The notes: generated from the sequence alone by a model not told the origin. 64,000 bases of DNA from Amoebophrya sp. A120 (GCA_905178155.1 CAJINV010000001.1:5894750-5958749); one strand, 5' to 3'. Shown: positions 37,519 to 52,052, counted from the first letter of the stretch. Program-made: numbers and translations.

Positions 37519-39679
37519 ATGTCAGCCACTCAGTGTCCGGTGGGCACCATGGTGTGGAGCGAATGGACGCCCGGAAACCGCAAAGTCGCTGTGGTTTACG
37601 CGTATTACCCCGATACCAACTTCTACCACTTAGATTGGATCCACCAACGGGCGTTCTGCCACGATCTTCGCTCTGGTCACGAGAATGAGGACCGGTTCAA
37701 GGTGTATTGTCAACGACGACCGTGGCAGGTGCACATATTAGATGATGAAGATGAATGCTTGTTATCATTTTTACGACCACGACGATAATTAACGACTTCG
37801 AGGATGCAATTCCATTGATACTTACACAGCCCACCACGACCTCCAATTTTACTATTTGGTTAGCGCATCGCACGATTCCTCCAGTTTATTACACCACATC
37901 AATCGAAATTCCTTTTCCCGATATGAAGATTTTCAATCGAAAAATCTAGATGTGGCACCACTCGAACCAGAACGCGTGCGGGGCGTTCGAGGGGGGCAGC
38001 TCCACCCCGGGCCTGCAACAGGGTGGGGACGACGTGACAGTGGACGACGGGAAGGGGGTATGAATTGCAAATGTGTCTCGGTCTGGAAGGTTGCAACTTG
38101 TGATGCTGCATTTGGATACTACAAAAATCTGTATTGCATGAACAGCAAAAGCGGTCTCGTTTCTGCCACGCCGAGAGGGCATTTCTCGTGCGGTATAGGC
38201 ATCAGGAAGCTCTCGTCACAAAATCTGTGATGCTAGGGCATGCATCACAGACGTCAGAGGTCATGCAAACTGTGCATGACACCTTCCACACCCAGACATG
38301 TTTGCATTTAATAGGGGGTGTTCATCGGGCTGGGCGTTGCCATCGCGATTGTCTCCGCGTTGTACCTGTGCTACAAGTGGTATGGATGTGTCAGAATCGA
38401 AATTGACAAATATCGAAAACTTTGTGATGCATAAAATCGATACCAGTTGGGGCCTCAGTTTCCAAGTGGCGCATGACAAATTTCGGGAGCACCCAAATCC
38501 AGTCTGTCGTGCTGTTTGGACAAAGAAGACTGTTCCTGCCATGCTACTCTGGCAGCGCATTGCATACCCCTAAACAGGCTTACAATCGGTCTCAGTTGCC
38601 TGCTCCCCAACACAGGCCTTCAGTGCCCTGCATTTTATGCATCACAAGTTTTTCGATTTTGTCGATTTCGATCCTGACACATCCATAAGTGGGCCCAGGG
38701 GGTCGTGCGGGAGAAGCACATGAAGGAGCATGGGGAGTACCCGAAGAAGCGGACATCGTCGTTCCAGTCGCCGGGCAAGTCCGGCGGGTGGACGGCGTGG
38801 ATGAAGGACGCGAGCTTCACCTGGAACAAAACCATGTCACCCTGGAAGTCGTTTTCGCCGCAAAAGGACCTGGACAACCACGACGGTATTGCGCCCGGTG
38901 GTCACGCTCACGGGGGAAGCGCGAATAAACGGGATTCATACAATCGCGGGCCGTCGCTGTGGGAGCTGGCGCAGCAGGAGTACGGCGGCCAACAGGTTGC
39001 TGGAGCAGAATTTCTACCGCAGCACCCTGGGCAGCTTCAACTCCAACACCCACAACTTCTGAACACTAGCGAGCACGAACTTCCCAACAAGAAGATGAAC
39101 GGGCGCATAAGCAAAGGCACTGGAGGTGCAGCAGTTTCTGCGGCGGGACCGCCCCGCGACAGTCGTCGGCCTAGTCAGAACAAGCTTTACGGTGGGGGAA
39201 GTACTCACTCGATCGGGTCAACGGCCGCCAGTGCGACCGCATCTTCCGCGGCCCCAAGTGCGCGCGGCGTGTACAACAACAATCCGCCGTTGCCGAGTCC
39301 GAACTCGATGGAAGTCGTGTCTGTCGATTCTGCGGTCACCCCCCGACACCCGGGCTTGGCGATCCTGAATCCCCTGAAACTGTTCCCAACCGACGAGGAA
39401 ACCAAGCGGGGGTACAAGTTTCCAACCGGAACATCTTCAAGGCCAACTGGTGCAACTACTACTTCCCAACCAGCGTCTCGCCGCCCAAGCGTGGACTCGC
39501 AAATGAGCCGACAATCCGCGCAGATAAATCAGCGGCCGAGTAATCGGGTGGCGCCGGTGCCGCCGGGCGCTGCATCAACCGGAACAAGCACCTCCGCCTC
39601 TCGCCGCCCGTCACAAAACACCCAGCTACGCAATGGTGCGTTATCGTACCACGTGGCAAACAAATACGCGGTGCGCTAA
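37519..39679 (+). CDS. Hypothetical single-pass membrane protein; exons approx 37519-37728, 37950-38058, 38319-38380, 38693-39679
   Basis: Splicing yields the hydrophobic helix GVFIGLGVAIAIVSALYLCYKW followed by a low-complexity tail; GT-AG intron 37729-37949. Confidence 0.7.
38059..38313. mobile_element. TIR introner, family B (inverted relative to 3859)
   Basis: Family B TIR; direct repeat GGGGG; interior matches the reverse complement of the 3859 copy. Confidence 0.93.
38381..38687. mobile_element. TIR introner, family H (about 55-bp TIR)
   Basis: TATGGATGTGTCAGAATCGAAATTGACAAA / TTTGTCGATTTCGATCCTGACACATCCATA; direct repeat AGTGG. Confidence 0.95.
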
Positions 39680-40498
39680 GAAGCTCGATTGGCGCAATTT
39701 ATGATTTCTTCCGAATGTTTCAGCTCTACTTTTTTGTGTACGATAGGTATACTACAGCAGATTTCCACAGGTTTTATTTTCGTAAAGAGCAAGGCTTTTT
39801 AACCACGTTTGTTTGATGAAAGCATGATAAATCGTAGAAATTTATTTGGAAATTAACGCACCACAACACTAGGATGGGCAGCGATACTCGTGATTCTACA
39901 TGCACCTTCTTGAAGCCGCATTTCAGTACTACCACCGGCTACAACGCAAGGTACTGAGAAAGCCTATTCGCGGAGACGCTGCCAAAAAGGTACACTAGAA
40001 GGAGCCATCGTCGTATACATTGAAACTGCATGTCGACATAAAAATGAATTCAAATAAAAATAATAAGCGAGCACCGGAACACGCTCTCCTCTGCCTACAA
40101 GAAGTAGCGGGCTTTGGAACAGCCCTGTCGTATTTTCCTTATCTTACTATGGCAGAAAGAGAAACACAAGAACGCCTTTTGGTTTTCCTTTCGGACCCGT
40201 ACAGTAGAGAGCGTCGTCGCAAATCGGCAAACAAATTTCAAAGTTGCATAAGGAGGATGGAAACAAATATGTGAGTTTGCGAAAGCACGTGGTAGGTCGG
40301 AAAAGAAGGTGGTGCACAAAATGACAGTTTCTTGAGAGAACAAGCACTTGGCAAAAAAGCTTTCTGATGCCCCCTGACATCGCTCATTTGGGAAGGAAAA
40401 AAAAAACACGCGAATACTTATCAACTCAGCAACTGATTTTGCATCCTCCCACGCGTATCTATTCGGATTAAGCCTTTATTCCCATCGTGAAAGCGGCC

Positions 40499-43400
40499 AT
40501 GAGAGCGACCCTCATGCCGGATCCGAATCTGACCCTGTCAATCGATATTTTGCTCGCCGGAGTAGCAGCTGCCGTGCTCTACCTGACCGCATCCGATGTT
40601 ACCGGCGAGCACCAGTGTGTGATTCTCGGGCGCCTGCTACCGCTGTTTCTGTTGTTCTTTTCTCTGCGCGTTGCCGTGAGTTGGAGTAAGAGTGGGTCGT
40701 CGACGGCACCAGCGGGATGCGAAGGTGGAACGTGTGAGCAGCGTGAGCAGAGCCGGTATAATCTTGGCCGAGGAGAATCACTGCTCGAAGCGGAAATCGA
40801 AGACGTTGAGCAACTTCAGTCATTAACCGCATCGAAGGTGGCCGGAATAAAGACACCTGGCAAACAGCAGCTAGTGGCGAGCAGAACAAGTTCCTTCTTG
40901 GGTAGCTCCTTTTATGAACCAGAGTCGATCGAGGTCGAGCACGAGGTCGAGGGGAACTACGCAATAAGCAACGCAGCTCCCGTGGAAGCGCTCGGGGCGC
41001 CAGTCCAGGATGTCGTGTTCCTTCCTCCGCAAAAGTACCTAGCGGATGATATTGCTGCTGCCCACGAAGAACACGACGATGGATTTTATGGAAAAGAACG
41101 CGAAATGAAAAACGATGGGTCGTCGTCCTCGTGCCAAGAAGCGCAAGATACCCCGCCGCTCCTGCTCCATGACTTGTTTTCCAAGAAAACAAATTCGCAC
41201 AAGAAGGCGGACGAGAAGGAGACTCCTGGAGGTCTGGGCCATACTGTGTTCGGTCGGAGGATGTCAGAGCCACGGACGTCGGAGGATGTCGGAAGTAGAT
41301 CTGCGCCCCTGCCGTCTTGGAACGACCAGCCTACTTGCCGGAAAATCTTCCCGAGCGGCGAGTCCCCTGCGCTTGTCGCTTTGCGGTCCATTTCCGGAGA
41401 AGCGAGTCGAAAAAACAGCGGACAGCTCGGAGCTGATTTTTTTAATACTAGTTGCAACAGTCGCCGGTCGTCAAAAGCATCATTACCGTCTTCGCCAGGC
41501 CCGCCAACCCCCGTGTGCGCGGCGACCAGAAGTAATACCAAACACGTCGTGGTAAAGATTGATCCGGTTCCGTTTCTCATTTCGCCGGTCAAGGAGGGCG
41601 GAGAGGAGAAGACAGGGCGACAGTCAGGGTCGTTCTACGATGTTGAGCGAAGAAGGCCGTCGTTTCCGAGAGTCGGTGATGTGTCGTCGCTTGCAGGAAT
41701 GGCAAACAGCGACGCTCCTGGAGTAGCGTCCTGCGAAAAACCGCTTTTGAAAAGATCTTCCGACTTTGTGACGACCGCGATGGTGGTTTTGTCGCGCTTC
41801 CTACCGTTCGTTCCTGGCCGGAACTCGAGCATTTTTTCCACTGGGGATGATAGGGCGAGCGTTGACCTTGCCCATAAAAATCCTCGACGAACTACAAGCC
41901 TCAGAAGATCACGCAGAGAAACAACAACGGTTCAACATCTTGCAGAACATTCAAAAATCTCAAGCACCACGCAAAGCAGAAGCAGCAGCTGGAGGGCGGT
42001 TGTACTGCGTCAGCAAGCGCGTCTTGCGCAGTACGAGATTAGCGGGATGCACAGCGCGATCGCCGGGTATTTTGTCGCCATGCTGGCGTTGCCGCCCATG
42101 TGGTTCGTCCTGGTGGTTGCGGCGCTGCCCGGGCTGCGGAGTAGCCAGCTGCTGTACTGCTGCGGCGTGTATGTGGTTTTCCGTTTCATTGTTCCACTCA
42201 TCACCTCCAGCGTTTCCCATTGGCCCATCGACCCTTCCACGGCCCTATTCTTGCAGAAGATTTTTCTGCACTACGGCCCGTTCTGGGACGTCGTGTGCGA
42301 CTTCTGCCGGCCCGTGAACGCTTCTGTTAAAGTTCCGTGGTTCGCACTCTTTCAAACCTTGCTGGACATCATCGCAGCTGTTGCTCTACTCGTTTGGTTC
42401 CTGATCTTGCACGAACGGGGGATGGAAACCGTGCAGGCAGAAACGCTCGCGTCACAAGCTCGCATGTACCGCCGCCGCAAAGTGTTGCACCAGATGCTGC
42501 CGCCGTTCGTCGTGGAGTCGTTTCTGCTGCGGCAGACCGTTTTTTCCGAAGCCATTGGCGACGTCACAGTTGTGTTTGCGGACATCGAGAATTTCACCGA
42601 CCTATTGCAGTACTGCGATTCAGATCGGAAGAGCGTGCGGAGACTCCTGCGGCGGCTCGACCGGCTGTTTTCGCAGTACGACGCGGTCTGTCAGGACTTT
42701 TTCGTGAGCAAGATTGAGAACGTGGGGGAGACCTACCTTGCGTGCGGCGGGCTGCGCCGTCACGTGCAGGCCCGGAACGAGGCGCTGTGCGGAAAATCGG
42801 TGGTGTTGGAAAGGTACAAGCGCTGGTCGTCGACCGTCGGGGCGGAAGCGCTGCGCGCGGACCAGAAATCCGCAATGGACGCGTATTTCACCACCCTGTT
42901 TGCCTGCGAGTTGATCCGCTACGGCGAAGAAGGTGTTGTACGTGGGGCGGTCGGCACGGGAGAAGGCGAGCGTCGAGACGTGGTCGGTGATGACTCGTCG
43001 TCCATCTGTAGTTCTTCTGCGCATACAAGAATCATGATGTCGCCACCATCCACAACGAAAAATGAAGAGCACGGTCTTGTTTCGCCTGACAAACCACCAT
43101 CACGTGTTGATGAAGTCGTCGATGATCATGGTACGGGTATGGTGCCGTTACAAGAAGACCAAGCGCCAGCGTGCTCATCTCGTGAAAATCATGAGGAGAA
43201 CAAGCAGCAAGAGCAACAAGCACCCACAGCAGCGTCGCGTGCCATTTCTTACGTGCGATCAACGACGATCGGCGCAATCCGAAACTTTGGTTCTAGTTCG
43301 ACAGACGAAAAAAAGTCTACGTACAGCAGCGCTGCAAGAAACGATAGTGACGACGTCGTTTCACTCTTTGAGAACATGTTGCAGAGCACCTCTGCTATTC

Positions 43401-45870
43401 CAGTTGTTCCGGCAAGTAGGAGCGTAAACAAGGGGGAAATCTACTTCGCAGAGTCTGAATCTTGTTCCCAACAAGAGAACGCTCCTTCTGGCTGTGGAGA
43501 TGATCTTCTTCTGCTGAAACTAGGTGACCTTCCGACGCCGTGTCGCACCCAGGCGAATGTTCCGCTGGACACAAGAAGTAGAAAACCCGTCGACCAAAGA
43601 ATAGCAAGGCGGCAAGCAATACAGCAAATGCCCTTCAATATCCGAGTTGGAGTGCACACTGGTCCTGCGTGCGCGGGAATTGTAGGCTCGCGGAAGCCGC
43701 AGTACGCAATTTTCGGCGACACAGTAAACACAGCTGCGCGCATGAAGTCCACCTCTTCCAGCAACACGGCCGTGCACGTTTCCAGCGCTACACACGCACT
43801 CTTGTTACGGTGTCGCGGCGCGACGCAGCCCCAATTCAAGACACCGTGTTCGAACGCAGCGGATGATTTTGGACTCAGGATTTCGGGGCCGGTAGACGTG
43901 TTTGCCAAGGGGAAGGGGACGGTCGAAACCTGGTACGTCGAACCGACGCAGAAAAGCAAGACGGAGCTGCAGAGAGAGGGGTTAAATCAAGGAAAGAACA
44001 AGACGGACTCAGCTGAAGACGAGCAATCCTCCTTCGGGAGGCAGGAGAGCTTTCACGAGACAGAAAGTAGTCGTGTAATCGCCGCGGCGGAAGAAAGATC
44101 AGAAACGGCACTGAGCAACCAGTTGAAGAGCTTAACCTCGGACAATACTAGCGGAGCCAACATTTTACTGGGGCGATCGTGCGCGCAGGCCCGTGATCTT
44201 CCGAAACTAGACAGAGAGGAGGACTTTCAAGTTCGCACGAGCGAGCATGGTGTAGTTTACCAAGAGAAGTTTCCAAGCGGCGAAGTAGAGAGCAGCAGGT
44301 TCTTCTGCGGAGATACAACTGACCAGAAACCGACATCTGGGCGGACCAGCATCTTACCAGTGGCGATCATGTCTGACTTTCTGAAAACAGCAGTGATGAC
44401 GTACATTTTTTTGGACACCGGATCGGCCTTTTTTTCGCAGAGCTCACGTCCGCTGTCCACAGTCGCGGCACTGCTTTTGATCGGTCGGATTTTCCTTGCT
44501 GCAGCGTATTGCTTCGCGACACAGGAGTGGCAGTTGGTCGCAGGTGTAGCGCTTTTTGCTTTGTCAGTTGGCGCGAACTTGGCAGTCAGCGCAGAAGCTG
44601 CAACACTCAGCCCTCGAATGGTTTTGTTTTGGATTGCCGTAGCAGCCTTTTATTGCGACGCAGCTTCCTCGACGCAGAAAGGCATAACCGCGTGTGTGGT
44701 TGTGGTCATTCTTTCCGGATCGGCGTATCTTTTACTTTTAGTCACTTTGAGAAGGGACGAGAGCGACAGCGAGTACAGTAACTCCACAACAATCGCGGAC
44801 CTGGTTCTTATCACGCTCCTGAATGTTATTGCAGTGGTAGTCTTCCTTATGAAAAACACTTCTTCTGCTGCGATGAGGAACTCTGCTGCGGATCTCTTGA
44901 CAGCCGAGCGGAACCGCGAAAGTCGTGCGGAACAAATGCTGGCGGACCTCTTGCCGGCGGAGATTTTGCAGAAACTAGCAGGAACGACGAAACTCTCCGG
45001 GGACAGATTTAGTGTGGTGACAAGCCCAAAGAAAAGCAAGTCACTCGTCCACCACTGCTTTTCTGACAGTGCGCTACTTTTCGCAGATATCACGGGCTTC
45101 ACCGCGTTTGCTTCAAAACGGACTGCAGCGGAAGTAGTTGCGGTGGTTACGGGGCTCTTTGCCGCTATTGATGACGCATCTCGACAGTGGCATGCTGTGT
45201 ACAAGGTACAAAATGACTGGATAGGATTTTCTATCCTCTTCTTGTGCGTTGGTGCTGATTTTGTTTTTTGTTGTTGTGCGAACTGTCAGCACCCCATTCA
45301 TTGGAGGAGCCAGTCGAATTCGAAAAAACTGGGTAATTTGCGTTAGGTAATGCTTGCACGAAAAATCAGGTTTGTACGATAGGCGACTGTTACGTTGCAG
45401 CGGCCTTCGGTAATCCTACACCGCGCGAAAACATCGTGCAGATGCTCGCATTCGCATTACGCATGCTCGAGCTCGTGCATGCTAATCAGCAGAACGAAGC
45501 CGAGCCGATCAACGTCCGCGTCGGCATACACTGTGGCTCTTTCGTGGGAGGAGTTTTAGGACAGCGCCAGCTGCGATTCGACATTTGGGGAGAGGATGTC
45601 CGAATTGCAAATTTAGTGGAGCAGGAGGGTCAGCCGGGTGCGATTTGCGTTAGTAAAGCAGTACAGAAGGTCGCTACAGCAGCGGAAGAGCTGATCAACG
45701 GAGAGGATGCGCAACTACTGCTTCTGGATGAATCAAAGTGGTCCTTTCAGTTTCATAGAAGCGTAGCAACGCGCACGGAAGGCAGAAAGAGCAGAGTTGC
45801 TAGTGAGGCACATATACCACCCCCGGAGGTTCTTGAAATTTACAAATTAATAAAATACGCGAGCACTTAA
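40499..45870 (+). CDS. Membrane class III nucleotide cyclase with two catalytic domains, alveolate guanylyl cyclase-like; exons 40499-45205, 45370-45870
   Basis: C1: VFADIENFT, KIENVGETYLA, RVGVHTG...KPQYAIFGDTVNTAARM. C2: LFADITGFT, YK|VCTIGDCYVA, RVGIHCG...LRFDIWGEDV. Two sets of hydrophobic helices. Confidence 0.88.
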
Positions 45871-46456
45871 ACTCATGCAAAGGCAAACTACGAATGAACG
45901 CTAGCGTCACATCCATTTTAAAAAATTATGACTGGAGTGCATTTTGAAAAACATGTCACATAGTTTCGTTTTCTGATTTTATAATTACGTTTCAGCACGA
46001 CGCATTTCCATTTCTTTTGCAGGTTTTTGTGCTGCGCTGCAGTCACAAGCATGAGTCTCAAAACAAATTGAACCACAAAAAACATGGTGAGCAAAGCTTG
46101 TGCATGGGTATGGAAGCATCCTTAATAGTTCTCCTTTTCGCTGTACTTAAACGGAAGGAAGTCGCAGTTCTGTCATTTTCCTGTTCGGCTTTTTGTTTTT
46201 CGTTTTGTTTGTCGCTGTTCCTGTTCTTTTGATCTCCTCGTTCTTTAGGTTGTTCTTGCTGTCGTGTCGTTTCCTTCTTTCACGCCGGTTTTCAAATCCG
46301 TTGTCAGACAGGAACAGGATCAAGATCAAGTTTTTTAACCCGAAGCCTCGTTCGCAGCTTCGGGTTCGTCAAGAGATCAAAGAAACATGAAAACTGAAAT
46401 ACAAATACCATTAGTGAGCGAAGGTTACAAGCAGTAGGTTGTGTAGCTCTCGGAGG

Positions 46457-49400
46457 ATGCGTTTCGGCTTGCCGTTGCTCGCCGTCGGGGCATCGGCCCT
46501 GGCGGTCGAGAATTTTGACAATGAGGAGTATTTTGCGGACCCGAGCGAGGCCCTGAACGCCTTCCACTCCCAGTATCGAAGTATGAAGGAAGAAGCCGAG
46601 CATCGGACAAAGCACATGAAGCCGGATGAAGCTCTGGAAATTTTGAAGGCAAAGCTGCCCGAGCACGACCACAGTCACTTGTCCATGCTCGCGCTGAAGG
46701 CACGAGACAACGGCACTTTGAACGTCCAAGAGATGGCAAAAGGTAGTCAGATCTGGCGTCTGTATTTTTTCGTAGTTCGAAGATCGGATTCCGATGCGTG
46801 TAGAAAACTCCCCATCACGAAGTTCCGTGAGTTTAGAAGCCACTTCGCACGTGACAAAGCACCATGTGCGAAAAGACGTTTTTTTTCTAACAAGAGACTT
46901 TTTAAATCCCAAAACCAGGTGTTGTTGCCATCAACAACATGTACAAGGAGACCGATCAGGAGCGCATTACCACCCTGACCACGTGCTCGCAAAAGCTGTA
47001 CGCCATCTACCGCACGAACTTTATGATTGCAAAGGAAATCAAGGGCTTGAACGCAAAGAGCGAGGACAAAAACCAGGTGTACGACGACGCGCAGGGGCAG
47101 AAAAAGGAGTTTCTGGATGACAAGAAGACCCTGGAACAGGAGCGTGAGCAGCTGAAGGTCGACCACGCCAACGACATGAAGGAGCCGCTGGCGATATCGA
47201 AGTGAAAAAAGCCCCCACCCCATATCGGAAACGGAAGATGCGCGAATTTGTGATGCTGTATTTGAGTACACAAATCGACTTGTATTGCTAGAAGGCCAAG
47301 AGACGAAGCTGCGGCCTAAATTGCAGGCAATCTGTCATGCTGTTTCCCAATTCCAGTTGCCGCCTGTCATCCTGGAGCTGCAAGGCTTTCCCACACTGGA
47401 CAGCACTACAGTCCGCATCTTTTGCCTTCTAGCATCACAGAGCTGATTTGTGACCACAAATCTGCATCACAGATTTCCGTTTTGATATGGGGAGGGGGCG
47501 TTTTTCATTGTAATAGGCGAAGGAAGCGGAGAAGGTCACGCAGGAGCGTATTTTCACGGTCATTTTGAAGGGCATCAACGAGAAGTGCGGCAGCGGCGAC
47601 CTGAAGCCGAAGACCAAGAACGCCATGCGGTTCCGCCGCAACCCGCAGGTCGCGCCGGAGTCCAACGCGACCAACGCCACCGCCGGGTCGGCGCCGTCCC
47701 TGGTGCAGAACAGTGAGGAGTTCACCGTCGACGAGGCCCGCGAAATGGACACCGCGGACGCCGAGTCGCGCATGTGCGTCGGCATGCAGCAGGAGTCCAG
47801 CATGAACCGGTTGTTCCTCTCGGTGTTCTCCAGCCCGGAGGTGCAGGAGGCCACGAAGACGGGTCTGGACATGGACTCGCAGAAGGCCATGGACATGACG
47901 CTCGCGAACCTGCGCGCCGCCGAAGACGAGGAAGTCGCGCCCAAGTACCAGAGCCAGGCCTTGTTGCAGAAGTCCCCGTCTCTGCAGGGGCCCTGGTCCG
48001 TCTCGGACGGTACCGACACCAAGTCGCCGATGTGCGGCTCCGTGGAGCAGATCGACTGCGACGTGCTCATGACCATGATGGGTGAGCAGCTGGAGTGCGC
48101 CCGCGAGGAGCTACGGAAGGCTAAGGGTATTAAGCTTTGAACAATTTAAATCTAAATTTGGTGCCGTTTCTCTTCTCCTCAAATCTTGTTGTATGTGCGG
48201 ATCTAACTCTGGCCATCTGTTTTTATCATGAAAAATTCTTGTACGATATCTTCCAAAAATTCACTCCAGGTGAGCGTGCCGCGCTCGAGGACAAGCAGCG
48301 TGAGGAGATGCGTCTGAAGGACGGTTCTATCGTTGCCGCGCAGAAGGCCGCGGACACCCAGCAGAAGTTGATGAACGATGCGCGATCGACCGTGGACGGT
48401 TACAAGAGCCAGATCAGCGACTTGAAGGAGGAGCGCATCCGCTACGCGAAGTCCATGCACCTGGAGAAGACTAAGTGCCACCTGCAGCTGTTCGAACTCG
48501 AGGCCAACGGCTTGTGTGCATGCAAGGCGCTCCGCAACTTCTGGCTCAAGGAGACCCTCTCCAAGGCCGGCGTCGAGGACGACGCTGTCACGGACTGCGA
48601 GGTAATTACTTATTTTGTGATATGATAGCTTCGGTTGCTCGATTTGGGTTTATTTTTTGTGTGTCATTGTTCTTGGAAGTCGTGCGATGGTGATCGGCTA
48701 AATTTAGATATCAACACACTGCCGCCACACAATAACCTCATCTCACCGGTAAAAACCACTCCAGGCTGCCGACACCATGATGCCGACCGGCGAGTGCCGC
48801 ATGGGCCCGAAGGCCACGGGTGAGATTCGCAAGTGCGTTGCCGGGAATAAGATGCCGGAGGACGACGAGCGCTTGCCCAACCGCAAGTGGACCCGGCAGA
48901 TGGAGGGCGAACCGGGCCAGTCCAAGGACCTCGAGTCCCTGGGCGAGAAGCTGTACCTCGAGTGCCCCCCGGAGACCATGATCCTTCCCTGCAACCGCTT
49001 TTTGTGCCCCGTCGACTGCGAGGTCGGCGAGTGGGGCGACTGGCGTGATTGCTCCGCGGAGTGCGACGGCGGCACCGAGCTGCGTGAGCGGTCCGTGGTT
49101 AAGGAGCAGGCCTTCTTCGGTCAACAGTGCCCGGACCTGATCCAAACGCAGAAGTGTAACACCCAGAAGTGTACCGAAAACTGCAAGCTCCACGCCGACT
49201 ACGATGACGAGGGCGAGGGCTGCTTGATGGTGCTTATTACTTAGCCGCTTTTTTTTTGATGATGCAAGTTGTTTTATGGCAAATTTCTTTTATATGCTCT
49301 TCAATGAGAGTCGCATAGCACAAAGTAGATCTGAATTCGTTGTTCTTTTGTCACGCAGGCTTGCGTCCAGCCGCTGTCCAACACGGAGTCTTCGGGCGCC

Positions 49401-51223
49401 GTTGCGTACGAGACCAACTACGAGATGGTGACCAAGCGCGTGCGCGAGCCGGCCCGCGGTGGCGGTGACTGCCCGCACCACCACAGCAAGGCCCGGTACG
49501 CCAAGTCCTCCGTCCTCGCCGCGGAAGACACCATCGACAAGAACATCTGCCCGCAGAACAAGTGCGTCGGGGACGAGGTCTGCGCCGACATGATGGACCT
49601 GATCATCGTGCACGAGTGCTCCCAGGCCACCGGCCGCCTCGGGTGCTGGTTCATGGCGCAATTTGTCGTCACTCTGTTGCAGAAGATCCCGACCGCCTTG
49701 TACGGGTTCCCCACCACCAACGTCGGTCTGGTTATGTTCGGAAACGGAAAGGCCGTCAAGAAGGGCGACAAGTGGGTGGTCAACCCGGCCGTCGAGCAGT
49801 CGCCATTGACTGACCAGGTGAGATGCTGATATCATTTTTGGGGTTTTCGAAAGAGTTTCAATCAGCGTTTTAGGATTTAGGAATTGTAATTGAGGTAAAT
49901 TTCTACTAGTGTTTTTGTCATCCGTGTAGCTCTTGTGTTGGATTTTTTTGATGACCAATCTCCATTTTTCCTTAGAAGGCGATCTCCGATCTGTGACATT
50001 TTGGAAATTGCAACCACTAGCAATCCCAAAAAACGCTAAAAACCACGACAGGCCACGGACCTGTTTTCCGCGTTGTACAACCACGCGAAGAACCTGATGA
50101 CCAAGGAGTCCACCTACAACTACCACCTCGGTTTCTCCAACATGGCCCAGGGCCTGATTGTCGCCGAGAAGTTGCTCGGGGATGCGCGCACCACCGACGG
50201 TGGTTCCGCCATCACCGCCGAGAAGAAGATCGTGGTGGTCACCCGCGGCCGCCGCGTGGAGTGCGGGTCCGCCAAGCAGCGCGCCAAGATGCTGCACAAC
50301 AAGGGCATCGTCGTCGACGTGATTATGTTCGGCCCCAACTACAGCAAGGAGAACTTCGAGTACCTGAACGCCGTCGCCACCTTCCCCACGGAGGGCCACT
50401 TGTTCTACAAGGGTGGGCTGGAACTCCTCTCCCAGGTCGACACCATGCGCGAGATCGCCACCTCCCTGATCCCGAAGGTGTGCCCGGACGCCATCTCCCC
50501 GTCCGCACACCTGAAGACCATGTGCGACGGCGCCTACTCCGACGAGGGTGGCGCGCGAAAGGTATACTTCCTAAATTTCTAGAAGGTGATGGTTTGCTCT
50601 GACGAATGAAATTTAATGGGAGATGCTGGTTAAGTTCAACTTTGTTGGAACAAACCACATGTTGGAGTTAGGGGTCGCACTAACCTATTTCTAAAAAACA
50701 AAATCAGGGCCCGCCGCTCATCGTCGTCCATCGTGGTCGTAACTGCCCGAACTGGAAGAAGAACATTATGGGCGAGAGCACCGAGCCGGTCGACCTCGTT
50801 ACTTGCGCGACCGAGGCCCAGAAGCAGGAGTTCAAGTCTTTCACGTTCAAGCGTGTGCCGGACGGCAGCACCGAGGCAAACTGCTTTACCCACGAGGAAC
50901 AGGGCAAGGAATCCCAGGTCCTCGGCTATGGCGACGAGAAGGAGGCCTACAAGCCGGAAGAAAAGACCTGCAACGGCGATGACTTGGTGAAGCCGGGTAG
51001 CAAGAACCCGGGTGCGTCGCAGGGGTGGGGCCCGCAGCCGCTGGCTCCCGAAACCACGCACTACGAGATCCTGGACGACGCCAAGGACTGCCCCAAGCCG
51101 TATTACAAGTACCACCGGATGCTGACACTGCCAATAGACTTCACGGACGAGTACTTCGACGGGCTGGTCGAGGGTGCCAAGGTCTCCGGTATGATGGGTA
51201 CCGAGGGTGAGGAGAGCTTCTAG
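46457..51223 (+). CDS. Secreted coiled-coil + thrombospondin type 1 + von Willebrand A-like protein (about 8 exons)
   Basis: Signal peptide MRFGLPLLAVGASALA; TSP1 CPVDCEVGEWGDWRDCSAECDGGTELRERSV; vWA-like MDLIIVHECS..., NVGLVMFGN, KIVVVTRG. Confidence 0.75.
47195..47515. mobile_element. TIR introner, family F (inverted relative to 33412)
   Basis: TATCGAAGTGAAAAAAGCCCCCACCCCATATC / GATATGGGGAGGGGGCGTTTTTCATTGTAATA; direct repeat GGCGA. Confidence 0.93.
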
Positions 51224-51998
51224 GCGGAGACTCTCCGATGACATGAGGATTTGGCAGCGAGGTTTTGTGAAGTAGGCGCACGCATCTCGTTGCGAAATGA
51301 TTTTATTTAGCGGTGTAGATTTTCTTTTCCCGCTTCGATCGCAGCCTTTCTGCCGTCGAAGTATGTTACAACTTTTCACATTTTCAGACTTTATTCACAA
51401 TTGGGAACAGTATTTCAAAATCCAAAATCAAGTACTTAACTTAGAACAGTCTTTTGCTGTTGGGTGCTGCGGTTCGTAAGTACCTCATCCATTTTTATCA
51501 CGGTACGTTTCGTTTTCTTTTCCAGCGCTTTTGGTTTATAAGGGACTAAATGCGCGCTTTCTCCTCTTGACGGCCGGGAAGCTTTGCAGATGCATTCCTG
51601 CGACTCAGGCTGAAGTTTCGTTATCAGCACAGACATTTGTATATATGTATTATTGGCAAAGTAAATTTTTTTTATGTACATTAGTTTCTGATGTGGTTTT
51701 ATCTATTGGCATGTTGATATCTTTGTGAAAACTATTGCAGAGTTTTGATGAATACATAGAGTCTGTCCCACAACAAAAAGATCGCGGATCAGAAGCTTTT
51801 GCTCGCAGCTGCTATGGTGCTTTTCCGGCTCTTTTTTCCCACGTACCAGGATAAATTGGTTAAACACCCAACTCACGAAACGGGCGAGTATGTTCGACGG
51901 CCGAATGTTCTTCAAAAATGCGGGTGTGTTACAGCACACAATCATAAACGACCGGGGAAGTAGGCGGTGCGTCAGTGATCTGGGGGAAGCGACATACG

Positions 51999-52052
51999 GA
52001 CGCCGCCGTGTAGGTGTGCCTGTATGACGCCGCCGTGTAGGTGTGCCTATAT
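51999..52052. repeat. Tandem duplication, 2 x 27 bp
   Basis: GACGCCGCCGTGTAGGTGTGCCT[G/A]TAT twice, about 100 bp upstream of the next start codon. Confidence 0.85.

Noticed and set aside
49290-50510. 406-aa minus-strand ORF and similar long antisense ORFs (10883-11761, 54810-55619)
   Set aside because: They overlap GC3-rich plus-strand exons, where antisense frames often lack stops; no domain signal.
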